Positions 9,912 through 19,424 of a stretch of DNA of 64,000 nucleotides are shown here, piece by piece. The notes beneath the pieces are model-generated. The model did no database searches, was not told the origin of the DNA, and was given only the letters and a program-made list of their open reading frames with translations. Made by a program: the position numbers and the translations under genes. Each line of letters begins with the position of its first letter. Within the stretch, counting starts at the first letter, position 1. The DNA comes from Candidatus Poribacteria bacterium (GTDB lineage: Bacteria; Poribacteria; WGA-4E; PCPOR2b): the NCBI GenBank assembly GCA_965218095.1, contig OZ244587.1, forward strand, positions 1,760,001 to 1,824,000, written 5' to 3'.

Positions 9912-11765
9912 ATGTCTTCAAAGTGGATGTTTACCGGAGCTCTATTAACCGTTGCTGTCATATTTCTTATCCCTCAAGCCAACGCACAGCAACGGTTCTC
10001 TGAAGCAGTCGGGCCAGTTTCTATTCAAGCGGTCACCTCTACGACGCCGCTGATTGTTCCTTACATTATATGGGGCGGCGAATCTGCCCTATTCTATGCT
10101 AACGGTGGCTTACTCACTAAACCTGGGTCGATCATGGCAAACCAGGGATTAAATCTGAAGCTAGTTCCCGGCGATAATTTTCCACAGCAGGTGAGAGACT
10201 ATTTATCCGGGAAATCCCCACTCCTTCGCGGAACATTTAGAATGATTGCTCAAGCAAGTGAGGTGATTGGGCGCGATGCGAGGACGAAGGGGGTTGTATT
10301 TGGTCAGTTAACGTGGTCTGCTGGCGACCATTTCGTTGGGAGGCCTAATATCAGAAGAATTTCAGACTTGCGCGGGAAAAAAGTTGCAATCCAAAAAGGC
10401 GGCCCCCATGTCGGTATGCTTTACGACATGTTGCAGACAGCAAGGCTTTCCAAGTCTGATGTGACGATTGTCTGGGTTGATGACCTGACAGGGCCAAATG
10501 GACCTGCAGAGCGGTTCAGGCAGGATGCGACAATCTCTGGTTGCTTCGTGATTACGCCTGACATGATCGGTTTAACCGGCGGGCATCAAAACACGGGCAG
10601 TGGGGCGGAAGGAACGATCAAAGGCGCTTATGTGGTTGTCAGCACAGCAACGCTTTCACGCTCAATCGCGGACGTCTATGCTTGCCGAAAGGATTTCTAT
10701 GACCCCAATAAGGGGTTGATTGAGAAATTCTTTGCGGGATACTTGAAAGGAGTGGAGGAGGTCATCCAACTCAAGAAAGCTTATGAGTCGAGAGGTTCTA
10801 AGGAATATATGGCGCTGCTTCAGATGATGCAGGATATTTATGGAAAGGACGTGCTTCCAACGCTTGAAGAAGATGCACACGGTCTGATTGCAGACTGTAC
10901 ATTTGTCGGCCAACCCGGTAACGTTGCATTCTTTAACGATCCAACAAATACGGTTGCGGGATTTGAAGGCTTTAATAAAGCGGGATTGGACATGGCAGTG
11001 AGCTGGGGATTCGCCAGGGTGAGACATAACCTGATCCCCTCCGACCTGAATTATAGTTCATCAGCTTTCACGAAACTTCTCGGGACAACGATTACTGCTC
11101 CTGTCCAGCGCAAGCGTTTTAAGGAAGAAACCGTCAGAGCGGAGATCGAATTGTTTAACGAAGAGGAGGTCCTTGACGAGAAGACGCTTATCTCGTTTAC
11201 CATTCAGTTTAAGCCAAACCAGGACACATTTAGCGAAGCCGAATATCGTGAAGAATTCGACAGGATAGTTGAACTTGCGTCAAAGTATGGAAATGCAGCC
11301 ATTGCCATCAAAGGACATACAGATCCGTCAAGAACCCTGATGGCAGCGGTTAAAACCGGATTGCGGCAAGGGATTTTAAGGCGCACCGGAACAAAAGGAA
11401 ATTACGAATATTTCATGAACGGCAAATCCTTTAGCTTGGAAAATACAAAAAATCTGATCCGATTAATCCAGCAGAAGAAGTTTGGCGATGCGAGTGATTT
11501 TGAGGGGCCCTATCAAATCATGAGAGCGGGGTTAAAACTCTCCGAACAACGTGGGGAAACCGTCAAACAGGCAATCGTTGTTTATGCCCGTAAGAAAAAC
11601 GTCCGAATTGAACCTGAGCAGATTGTCCCTGTTGGTGTGGGCATCAGAGAGCCGTTGATTGCCAAACCCTCTAATCCAGCAGAAGCGGCGAAAAATCGGC
11701 GTGTGGAGTTTGCCCTGATTAAGGTTTCGGCTGAAGCTGTTGTCGCCACTGATTTTGATTTCTAA
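9912..11765 (+). CDS. Secreted NMT1/SsuA-like substrate-binding protein fused to a C-terminal OmpA-like domain
   Basis: RBS aggagg; signal peptide ending ANA; TWSAGD and DLRGKKVAI (PBP2-like); IKGHTD...LSEQR...PVGVGIREP...NRRVEF (OmpA_C). Confidence 0.85.
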   Translation: MSSKWMFTGALLTVAVIFLIPQANAQQRFSEAVGPVSIQAVTSTTPLIVPYIIWGGESALFYANGGLLTKPGSIMANQGLNLKLVPGDNFPQQVRDYLSGKSPLLRGTFRMIAQASEVIGRDARTKGVVFGQLTWSAGDHFVGRPNIRRISDLRGKKVAIQKGGPHVGMLYDMLQTARLSKSDVTIVWVDDLTGPNGPAERFRQDATISGCFVITPDMIGLTGGHQNTGSGAEGTIKGAYVVVSTATLSRSIADVYACRKDFYDPNKGLIEKFFAGYLKGVEEVIQLKKAYESRGSKEYMALLQMMQDIYGKDVLPTLEEDAHGLIADCTFVGQPGNVAFFNDPTNTVAGFEGFNKAGLDMAVSWGFARVRHNLIPSDLNYSSSAFTKLLGTTITAPVQRKRFKEETVRAEIELFNEEEVLDEKTLISFTIQFKPNQDTFSEAEYREEFDRIVELASKYGNAAIAIKGHTDPSRTLMAAVKTGLRQGILRRTGTKGNYEYFMNGKSFSLENTKNLIRLIQQKKFGDASDFEGPYQIMRAGLKLSEQRGETVKQAIVVYARKKNVRIEPEQIVPVGVGIREPLIAKPSNPAEAAKNRRVEFALIKVSAEAVVATDFDF

Positions 11766-11768
11766 GAA

Positions 11769-12218
11769 ATGATGAAAGTGACAAATCAGATGATTCGTAA
11801 ATTGCTTCCAAAGTTAATCTCCATAGAAAAAGAGATTTCTGACGAGAAGGGGAGTTTTAGACTCTTTGGGATTTTCCTGCGTGAGGGGCAACCGCATCGA
11901 GCATGGGATCTTGTTATCACGGTCGACTGGCTGGATACAAGAACTCTGGAAGCGGATCGGATTTTTACCAAAGAGATCCAATCTCGACTTGAACGCGAGA
12001 AGTTTCTCACCCTAGCAGTGATACTGATTTTAGAACCTGACTACCCCTTCGCCAAAGAGATGAACCCTGAGTTCGATGTCGAGCATGGAGACCTTGAGTT
12101 TACCGATTACGATTTCGATGGCATGGTCTTTGAGCGTATGCATATCATTACCTCAAAAATGGGAAAACGGATTGACACAGATCTTGTTGTAGATTTCAAT
12201 AAGGAAGTCAAACCATGA
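11769..12218 (+). CDS. Hypothetical cytoplasmic protein
   Basis: 149 aa ORF packed between cluster genes; its stop overlaps the next start. Confidence 0.7.
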   Translation: MMKVTNQMIRKLLPKLISIEKEISDEKGSFRLFGIFLREGQPHRAWDLVITVDWLDTRTLEADRIFTKEIQSRLEREKFLTLAVILILEPDYPFAKEMNPEFDVEHGDLEFTDYDFDGMVFERMHIITSKMGKRIDTDLVVDFNKEVKP

Positions 12219-13153
12219 AGAACGCAAAATCCATCCTGTTCATCATCCTTCTACTTTCCATACTTCTTGTCCCAGCAGCCTCATCTGATGAAGGCGTGCA
12301 CACGGATAATATCGTGATTATTCTGGATGCTTCGGGGTCAATGGGCGACAGATTCAGCAGCGACCCGACTAAGACGAAGATGGAGGCAGCAAAAGAAGCG
12401 CTCCGGGAGGTATTATTGAAAATCCCTGATGGCACAAACATAGGCCTGCTTGTTTTTAGCGGTTCCAATGTCCGAAGTGAATGGGTTTATCCGCTTGGTC
12501 CCAAAAACGATGAGAGGCTGATGCAGGCGATCAATCTCCCCAGACCTAGCGGAGGGACGCCGCTTGGGAAGTATATTAAGATTGGCGCAGATCGTCTCTT
12601 GGAACAACGCGAAAAACAGTACAATTACGGAAGCTATCGGCTACTGACTGTCACAGACGGAAAAGCAACCGACCCGGAAAAGGTCGGGGCATATACCCCA
12701 GAAGTTATGGATAGGCAGATTAGGATTGATGTCATCGGGGTTGATATGAAACAAGATCACATGCTGGCGACAGTTGTCGATAGTTACCGCCGAGCAGATA
12801 ATCCGGGACAGTTAGTCAAGGCGGTTTCGGAAATCCTTGCTGAAACCTCGGATACCGGAATGGACATAAGTGGCGAGGATGTGTTTGAATATATTGCCCC
12901 CCTTACGGAGGAGGTTGCATTATCGTTAATCACAGCAATCACAAAGGTTCCCGAGAATAACCCAATTGGCGAGCAACCGATAGCACCCAAGTCAAAGGCG
13001 ATGACGACACAACCCACAAGTAGCGCAGGGCAGGGAGTTATTGATAACCCTCCACCAAGGAAAAAACCGTGGAGACTTCTTGTCCTCATCGTGATCGGCA
13101 TCTTGGTGTTTGCAGGCATCTGCCTATCACGTCGAAGGAGTCATGGAAGTTAA
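12215..13153 (+). CDS. Exported vWA-domain protein with C-terminal membrane anchor
   Basis: Signal peptide; MIDAS DASGS, GGTPL, VTDG; C-terminal TM followed by SRRR. Confidence 0.9.
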   Translation: MKNAKSILFIILLLSILLVPAASSDEGVHTDNIVIILDASGSMGDRFSSDPTKTKMEAAKEALREVLLKIPDGTNIGLLVFSGSNVRSEWVYPLGPKNDERLMQAINLPRPSGGTPLGKYIKIGADRLLEQREKQYNYGSYRLLTVTDGKATDPEKVGAYTPEVMDRQIRIDVIGVDMKQDHMLATVVDSYRRADNPGQLVKAVSEILAETSDTGMDISGEDVFEYIAPLTEEVALSLITAITKVPENNPIGEQPIAPKSKAMTTQPTSSAGQGVIDNPPPRKKPWRLLVLIVIGILVFAGICLSRRRSHGS

Positions 13154-13238
13154 TGCCCATGCCTGAGATCGACTATTGTCAATTGCCGCTTGCCGATTCA
13201 AGCGATAACACACCAGCAATATGAAAGGAAAATGCACG

Positions 13239-14858
13239 ATGAATGAATCTTCGAGGAGTGACTCTTCAAAGAAGGCACGCAGCAAAATCGTCATGGTCTT
13301 TAGCTGGTTGGTTATCCTTGGGATAGCGGGGGCTATCTATAAGTTCGTCATTGAACCGAGAATGAAGGGGAAGACTGTAGCTAATACTAGGACGCCCAGT
13401 CGATATACGCACGAGATCAAGATCGCCCATGACTCCTTCTCTGGTTACGCAATTCTTCGGTCCCCATCCGTTCAGAATCTGCTGGAGCGCCAAGAAATTA
13501 AGCTGACCTTCCTGGATGATAAGGCAGATTACGTTCAGAGAATGAAAAATCTACGCAGTGGCAAGATCCAAATGGCGGTCTTTACCATTGATGCTTATAT
13601 AAAGGCAGGCGATGCGATTGGGGAGTTTCCGGGTTCGATCGTGCTTGTCATTGATGAGACAAAAGGCGCGGATGCCATCGTTGCTTACAAGCAGGGCGTC
13701 CCGCAAATCCCCAAACTGAGCAACCCCGCTGCAAAGATTGTATTAACGCCGGATTCCCCCAGTGAAACCCTTGCCAGAGTTATGATAAACAAGATGAGCT
13801 TCCCCAGCCTGCCGCGAGACTGGGAATTGGAAGTAGACGGCGCCGAAGATGTGTACAAGAAGCTAAAGGCTGGGAATCCAAATGAACCGAGAGCTTATGT
13901 GCTGTGGGAGCCATTTGTTACAAAGGCATTGGCGCTCGACGGCGTTCATATCCTCCTGGACAGTTCAAAGCTCAAAGGATACATCGTCGATGTGCTGATA
14001 GCCCAGCGACAGTTTCTGACTGAGCAGCCTGAATTGGTGACGGCCGTTGTACAGGCATATCTGCGGGCGCGTTATGATTATGCCAATCAGCCGGATGGTC
14101 TGATAAACCTTGTTCTGGAGGATGCCAAAAAATACGGGGACTCGCTGAGGAGAAACGAAGCTGAAAATCTGGTCAATGGAATCGAATGGCGAAACACCAT
14201 GGAGAATTACGCCCATTTCGGCGTCATTTCCGGACAGGAAGCAAAGAATACAGATCATCTCGAAGATATGATTGCGAAAATTATCAGAGTGCTGGTTCAA
14301 ACGGGCGCCGTTGCAGGCGATCCATTAGCGGGAGATTATGGGCAAATTTTCTACGATGGCATCTTGCGATCGCTTCGCCGTGATAAGTTTCATCCAAGCG
14401 TAGCGACTTCAAGTGGCTTAGATGATATTGTTCTTGGCGATTCTACGACGACCGCGCTCCCGGAGGTGACAAGCGCCAAAGCGTTGAGCAATCTCTCGGA
14501 TTCTGAATGGAGTCGGCTCGTTCCTGTTGGCACAATGAGGTTTGACCCCATCCAATTTGGTCGGGGAAATGCCAGAATTCAGCGGAATAGTCAACGGGCG
14601 TTGGCAAGACTCGCCGAAGACCTCGACTCATTTCCGCAATGGTATCTCAAGGTCGTCGGGCATACCAGACGCGAAGGTGACCCAGAGGCAAATCGCATTC
14701 TTGCCCAGCAGCGGGCGGAGGTTGTTGCGGCGTTTCTGATGAGCAAAGGAATCAACCCCCATCGCATGAAGTTCGTTGCAAGTGACCGGCCGCCTGAAAA
14801 CGCAGTGGGGGGAAAAGCGCAAAGCGTGACTTTTGTCCTTCTGGAGAAACCGTACTGA
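13239..14858 (+). CDS. Membrane-anchored NMT1/SsuA-like substrate-binding protein fused to an OmpA-like domain
   Basis: N-terminal TM; DSFSGY, DETKGADAIV, LWEPFV; VVGHTR...ANRILAQQRAEVVAAFL..KGINPHRM. Confidence 0.85.
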   Translation: MNESSRSDSSKKARSKIVMVFSWLVILGIAGAIYKFVIEPRMKGKTVANTRTPSRYTHEIKIAHDSFSGYAILRSPSVQNLLERQEIKLTFLDDKADYVQRMKNLRSGKIQMAVFTIDAYIKAGDAIGEFPGSIVLVIDETKGADAIVAYKQGVPQIPKLSNPAAKIVLTPDSPSETLARVMINKMSFPSLPRDWELEVDGAEDVYKKLKAGNPNEPRAYVLWEPFVTKALALDGVHILLDSSKLKGYIVDVLIAQRQFLTEQPELVTAVVQAYLRARYDYANQPDGLINLVLEDAKKYGDSLRRNEAENLVNGIEWRNTMENYAHFGVISGQEAKNTDHLEDMIAKIIRVLVQTGAVAGDPLAGDYGQIFYDGILRSLRRDKFHPSVATSSGLDDIVLGDSTTTALPEVTSAKALSNLSDSEWSRLVPVGTMRFDPIQFGRGNARIQRNSQRALARLAEDLDSFPQWYLKVVGHTRREGDPEANRILAQQRAEVVAAFLMSKGINPHRMKFVASDRPPENAVGGKAQSVTFVLLEKPY

Positions 14859-14890
14859 ACCTTGCGGAGGTTTCAAACCTTCGCAGGGTT
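14858..14890. repeat. Short palindromic repeat family AACCTT-N3/4-AGGTT
   Basis: aaccttgcggaggtttcaaaccttcgcagggtt; similar copies at 37496-37529, 48902-48916 and about 50003-50017. Confidence 0.7.
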
Positions 14891-14911
14891 GAAGAGCAGG
14901 AGGCGAGGCAA

Positions 14912-15688
14912 TTGATCGACCGGAAGAAGTTAAGGAAAAAAATTCTCCTCAATCTCATAGGAAACTCCGCCGTGATCTTTCCCTTTGCCGGCGGAGCCAC
15001 CTTAGCCTTTGTAACGTGGTTTTTTAATCTTGAGCCGAGTATTCTATTTCTGTTTGTCAGCGGCGTCGTGGGGATTCTGGGCCCCGTAGGCGGGTTGATT
15101 ACGAAATGGACAACGGGCTTAGACAACATCTCAAAGCAGGCATTAAGGGAGTTGCAGGAGGAAGTTCATAAGGAACAGGAGCGTCAACTTGATGCTTTAC
15201 GCAAGCAGCTTACAGCGGATGGGGATGCCAGAACTGAAAGGATGCTTGCCGATCTTCGCACGTTGCATCAATCCTTTAAAGCAGAAGTCAATGAAAACAC
15301 ATGGTCATCATCTATCCCGTCGAATGTCGCCTTTGAGCTTGCCTACAAAGTTGAAGCCCTGTTTCATGAATCGGTAAATTGCTTAAAAGAAACCCTCACA
15401 CTTCGAGAAAAGGCGAGAAATACCGCAACGAAAACAGCAAAATCGCCTCTCTTACAACAGCGAGAACATCTGATCGCAGATGTTCAGGAAACCATCGCGC
15501 AACTCTCCAAAATCTACGGAGAGGTACTGACACTTGATACCAATAGTGATGAAACGCAGCTCTCAAGACTCAGAAATGAGCTTGATGAAAATATAGAGTT
15601 TGCCAAAAAAGTTGATCAGACAATGTGTGAGCTTGAATCACGCGATATCCATGAACCGAGTAAATATGATCAGTATATTGAAAAGTGA
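14912..15688 (+). CDS. Two-TM protein with a cytoplasmic helical/coiled-coil domain (possibly XpaC-like)
   Basis: Two hydrophobic segments, then long amphipathic helices; family call is inference. Confidence 0.7.
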   Translation: MIDRKKLRKKILLNLIGNSAVIFPFAGGATLAFVTWFFNLEPSILFLFVSGVVGILGPVGGLITKWTTGLDNISKQALRELQEEVHKEQERQLDALRKQLTADGDARTERMLADLRTLHQSFKAEVNENTWSSSIPSNVAFELAYKVEALFHESVNCLKETLTLREKARNTATKTAKSPLLQQREHLIADVQETIAQLSKIYGEVLTLDTNSDETQLSRLRNELDENIEFAKKVDQTMCELESRDIHEPSKYDQYIEK

Positions 15689-15773
15689 GCCGAGCTATTC
15701 GCTCGTTTTAAGGCATTCAGGGCGTCAAGCCAACTGAAGCATAAAATGAACCATCCCGAAGGAGGAGCATGAG

Positions 15774-16424
15774 ATGGACTGGCTACACGCAATTTACATT
15801 GGCTGCACAGTGTTTTCAGTGGGAATTACCGCGCTTGATTTCTTAGGATTTCTTGGCGGAAAGCAAGATGGCGATAGTAGTGATGGAGACGCCCACGTCG
15901 GCGAGGTTGATAGCGGCGAGATGGACCTCGGCGGCGATCATTCCGTCGAAGGCAACCATGCCGGAGAAACGGCGTCGGACGATGTTTCTCATGCCGCTGG
16001 TGGGGTTGCGGTGCTGTCCGTGCTTTCTTACTTGCGCAGCTTCATCTATTTCTGTCTCGGTTTTGGACCTACAGGTTGGGTTGCTATGGCAATGGGAAAT
16101 AGTGCAGGACAGAGCCTTATTTGGGCGGCGCCGGCTGGCGTGGTCACCTTTGTGTTAGCACGCGCGTTCTTCCGTTTCCAGCGCACCGATACGGATTCAT
16201 CCCTGCATTCAGAAGAATTGCTCTTCCAGCAAGCAACTGTAATCGTTCCACTGACACACAACACGATGGGCAAAGTACGCGTGCAAGTGGGTATGAATGT
16301 GACCGAACAATACGCGCTTGCTACCGAACCGAATGCCCAGTTTGAGAAAGGGGATACGGTTTGGGTTACCAATATCACAGATGAGTGTGTATACGTTGAG
16401 CACGAAAACATGGGAAAGGAGTAG
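15774..16424 (+). CDS. NfeD-like (YqiJ/YuaF-type) flotillin partner
   Basis: TM, then an Asp/Gly/His-rich loop, then TMs and a C-terminal OB-fold pattern (ATVIVPL...GKVRV...KGDTVWV). Confidence 0.85.
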   Translation: MDWLHAIYIGCTVFSVGITALDFLGFLGGKQDGDSSDGDAHVGEVDSGEMDLGGDHSVEGNHAGETASDDVSHAAGGVAVLSVLSYLRSFIYFCLGFGPTGWVAMAMGNSAGQSLIWAAPAGVVTFVLARAFFRFQRTDTDSSLHSEELLFQQATVIVPLTHNTMGKVRVQVGMNVTEQYALATEPNAQFEKGDTVWVTNITDECVYVEHENMGKE

Positions 16425-17912
16425 ATGAAAATGGATGCAATTACTCAGTACAGCGGGATTGTCGGTGGTGTTCTCGCAATCATCGTATTCCTCGTATTGA
16501 TTGCGATTCTACGTGCGTTTATTCGTGTCTGTCCCTCAAATCATATTCTGGTTGTCACCGGAGGAACAGAAACCGTGGTTGAAGGCAAAAAGTACGGCTT
16601 CCGTCTCCAAAAAGGCGGCTGGACTTTTGTCATCCCATTCATTCAGAGTGTCCAATTCATTGATCTCACAATCATCCCGATTAACGTACAGGTTGATAAT
16701 GTGAATTCTGCGAATGGCATCACTGTCGGATCCGACGCAACAGCGTGTGTTTGCATTGACGACATGGATGAAGTGCTGCTCTACAGTGCTGTGCAACAAC
16801 TGCTTGGCAAATCACGTGCGCAGATCCAAGAACAGATTCAGCAGACGATGATTGGCAACTTCCGCGCCACACTCAACAAAACCACACCATTGCAGGCAAT
16901 TGGGATGGTCGAGAGCGTGGAGGGCATAGATGAGCAGGAGTTGACTGAAACCACTGCCACGCTGAGTAGGCTTCCTTCAACAGAGGAAACCGTGGAAGGT
17001 GCAGGAGATGCGAGTGATCAACGTCCGAGTGAAACGCCTCAAACGATAGATGCCGAAGGCGAGCGGGCAATCTTCCGAAATCTTTTGCTTGCGGATTGTC
17101 GCGAGGACTTGAGCGCTTTTGGTATGAATGTGGTCTCTGTATCGCTCCAACGCATCTGGGATACTTCCAACTACATCGCAAATCTTGCGAACAAAACCCT
17201 TTCGCGCAAACGTCAGGAGGTGGAGATCGAGGAAGCGCGATTGCAGGCGCGTGCCGAGCGCGCGGAATCTGATTCAAAACGTCGGATGTTAGTGGCTGAA
17301 AACCGCGCGAACGAGAAAATTCTTCAAGCTCGACAAGACGTTGAACTATTTCGCCGCCAATGTGACGCAGCAATCCACCGCGCTAAACTTGAGGCCGATA
17401 GTGCCATTGTCAAGGCGCATAGTGCAGGGCAGCGGCGGGAGGAAGAGATCACAGCGGAACTTCAAAAGCTGAGGAACAGTTCTGAAGTTATTGTGGAGGC
17501 TGAAGCCAAGCGCCGTGCTGCGGAGATTCTGGCGGAGGGCGAAGCAAAAGCTGTTGAAATTGTTCAACAGACGCAGAATGAGCTCCTCCAACAGAAAGTG
17601 GATTTACTCAAGAACACCGAAGATACGGGTAAAATTGCGTTGTTCATCACGCAGTTGCCACATCTTTTTGACTCGTACCGTACACATGCGGAATCATTGA
17701 AGGTCGACAATCTGCTGGTGCTCAACGAAGAAGATGGCTTCAATAGCGCTGTCAATCGAGGCCCATCGGCATTTGTCGATTTCTTGAAATGCTTTGAGCA
17801 GGGGTTTGGTATTAGCATAAGAGATCTGATCACCCGGAGGCAAACGGAAAATTCCGTCGCAACTGAAGAGGTAGCAGCCACCGCCCAGATCCAGGAAGGA
17901 GGCGTATCATGA
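16425..17912 (+). CDS. SPFH/flotillin-family protein 1
   Basis: TM; CPSNHILVVTG...GGWTFVIPFIQ...DL; AE-rich coiled-coil tail. Confidence 0.9.
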   Translation: MKMDAITQYSGIVGGVLAIIVFLVLIAILRAFIRVCPSNHILVVTGGTETVVEGKKYGFRLQKGGWTFVIPFIQSVQFIDLTIIPINVQVDNVNSANGITVGSDATACVCIDDMDEVLLYSAVQQLLGKSRAQIQEQIQQTMIGNFRATLNKTTPLQAIGMVESVEGIDEQELTETTATLSRLPSTEETVEGAGDASDQRPSETPQTIDAEGERAIFRNLLLADCREDLSAFGMNVVSVSLQRIWDTSNYIANLANKTLSRKRQEVEIEEARLQARAERAESDSKRRMLVAENRANEKILQARQDVELFRRQCDAAIHRAKLEADSAIVKAHSAGQRREEEITAELQKLRNSSEVIVEAEAKRRAAEILAEGEAKAVEIVQQTQNELLQQKVDLLKNTEDTGKIALFITQLPHLFDSYRTHAESLKVDNLLVLNEEDGFNSAVNRGPSAFVDFLKCFEQGFGISIRDLITRRQTENSVATEEVAATAQIQEGGVS

Positions 17913-19165
17913 TACTCTTCCTCATCATACTAGGCCTACTAATCGTCGTTACGCTGATTCTTCAGCTTGTGATGAAGATGAAGCTCATACCCCCAAGCGA
18001 ACTTGGAGTGGTGCACGGTAAAGGCGGTAGCTTCAGTACTTTCCGAGGGGGACGCGTTTTCGTGTTTCCACTAATCAACCGCTTTAACACAATGGATTTA
18101 ACGCCTCAAACGACGACGGTTGTCGTGGAGTCGGCCATTGCCGAGGGAATTGTCCCCTTGACGGTCAAAGCAACCGTCAGTTATGCAGTGGCAAAGACGG
18201 AGAAAGGCCTCGTCAATGCCGTCAAACGCATCTTGAACATGACCAAGAACTGGTCTGAACTGCAAGCCATTGCCACCTCTATCATTGAAGGGCATCTTCG
18301 AGACTCGATTGCAGCAATGACTCCCGAAGAGGTGATGAGCCAAAAAGACCAGCTTATCCAAAATATGATCAAAGTCTGCAAATCCGATCTGGAAGGCATC
18401 GGTATGGAAATCACGACAATGAATATCGCCGATGTGGATGACCATCGGCTCGAAGGGGTTGAAGAACCTGATCTGTACATCGCGCTGCTCAAGCGGATAC
18501 AAACTGCCGACGCCGAAGCACAATCCCGCGAGGCGCAAGCAAATGCCCGTTCCGCTGCAAAAGAGCAAGCGGAGGAACGACGCGCCGAAGTCGTGGTTCG
18601 TGAGCTTGAAAATGAGCATCAGGAAATTGAGGCAGAGACTAAAGTGAGGGTCGCTGAAGAAAATCAGCGTGGAGCCGTCAATGAGCAGGAAGAAACCCGC
18701 AACGCGGACTCTGAGGTAGCGGGTATCGAGGCGCAGATTGAGGCGGAAAAACAGCGTATTGAGATGGTACGGGCAAGATGTGAGGCAGATACCATCGTTC
18801 CTGCTGCTGCGACAAAAGAGAAAATGATTCAAGAGGCAGAAACTCAAGCAGCGACGATCCGCGGACCGGCACAAGCTGAACTCACACAACTCAAGCAGAC
18901 AATCGAGATTCTATGTTCGGCAGGCGATCCAGGGCTGACAACCTACATCATTGAGAAGTTTAGGGATTTAATCGAACCGTTCGCCCAAACACTCGATCTG
19001 TTTCCCGTCGATCAGATCACTGTCATTGCCGGTGACCTTCACCAGAATGGTCCAATCTCTGCCATTCATCCAAATGCCATTGACGCCGAGAAAAATCGTC
19101 GGGTTGAGGAGGCGTTGGCAGTCGTTGCAGCGGTTGCTAATGCCCCCTCAACCCCATCGGAATAA
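17909..19165 (+). CDS. SPFH/flotillin-family protein 2
   Basis: GGRVFVFPLIN, IIEGHLRDSIAAMTPEE, DLEGIGMEI; EA-rich coiled coil. Confidence 0.92.
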   Translation: MILFLIILGLLIVVTLILQLVMKMKLIPPSELGVVHGKGGSFSTFRGGRVFVFPLINRFNTMDLTPQTTTVVVESAIAEGIVPLTVKATVSYAVAKTEKGLVNAVKRILNMTKNWSELQAIATSIIEGHLRDSIAAMTPEEVMSQKDQLIQNMIKVCKSDLEGIGMEITTMNIADVDDHRLEGVEEPDLYIALLKRIQTADAEAQSREAQANARSAAKEQAEERRAEVVVRELENEHQEIEAETKVRVAEENQRGAVNEQEETRNADSEVAGIEAQIEAEKQRIEMVRARCEADTIVPAAATKEKMIQEAETQAATIRGPAQAELTQLKQTIEILCSAGDPGLTTYIIEKFRDLIEPFAQTLDLFPVDQITVIAGDLHQNGPISAIHPNAIDAEKNRRVEEALAVVAAVANAPSTPSE

Positions 19166-19310
19166 GGAACTTATCAGTTCAGCAGTTCATTGATTCATTC
19201 ACATTTTACACATCAGGTTTCACAGTTTATGTTAAGGTATAATGCAACATGGTCCATTTAACCGAGGGAGGTGCAATATTATCACGAGACTCAGTTGGGT
19301 TGTGGCTTTG

Positions 19311-19370
19311 CTGTGGGAGCGAGATCCTGCTCGCGATAGAAGAATCGAGGCAGTGATGTCTCTCCCACAG
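19311..19370. repeat. REP-like doublet (TGTGGGAGC...CTCCCACA)
   Basis: ctgtgggagcgag...tctcccacag inverted ends with internal hairpins. Confidence 0.65.
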
Positions 19371-19424
19371 CATTATGCACTACCCTCATTTAACCCCATG
19401 ATTACTTGAAAGGAGAAAGACAAA

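Noticed and set aside
9912-14858. OmpA-domain genes as Zorya ZorB, flagellar MotB or T6SS TagL
   Set aside because: They are fused to substrate-binding domains and lack a MotA/ZorA partner or T6SS genes.
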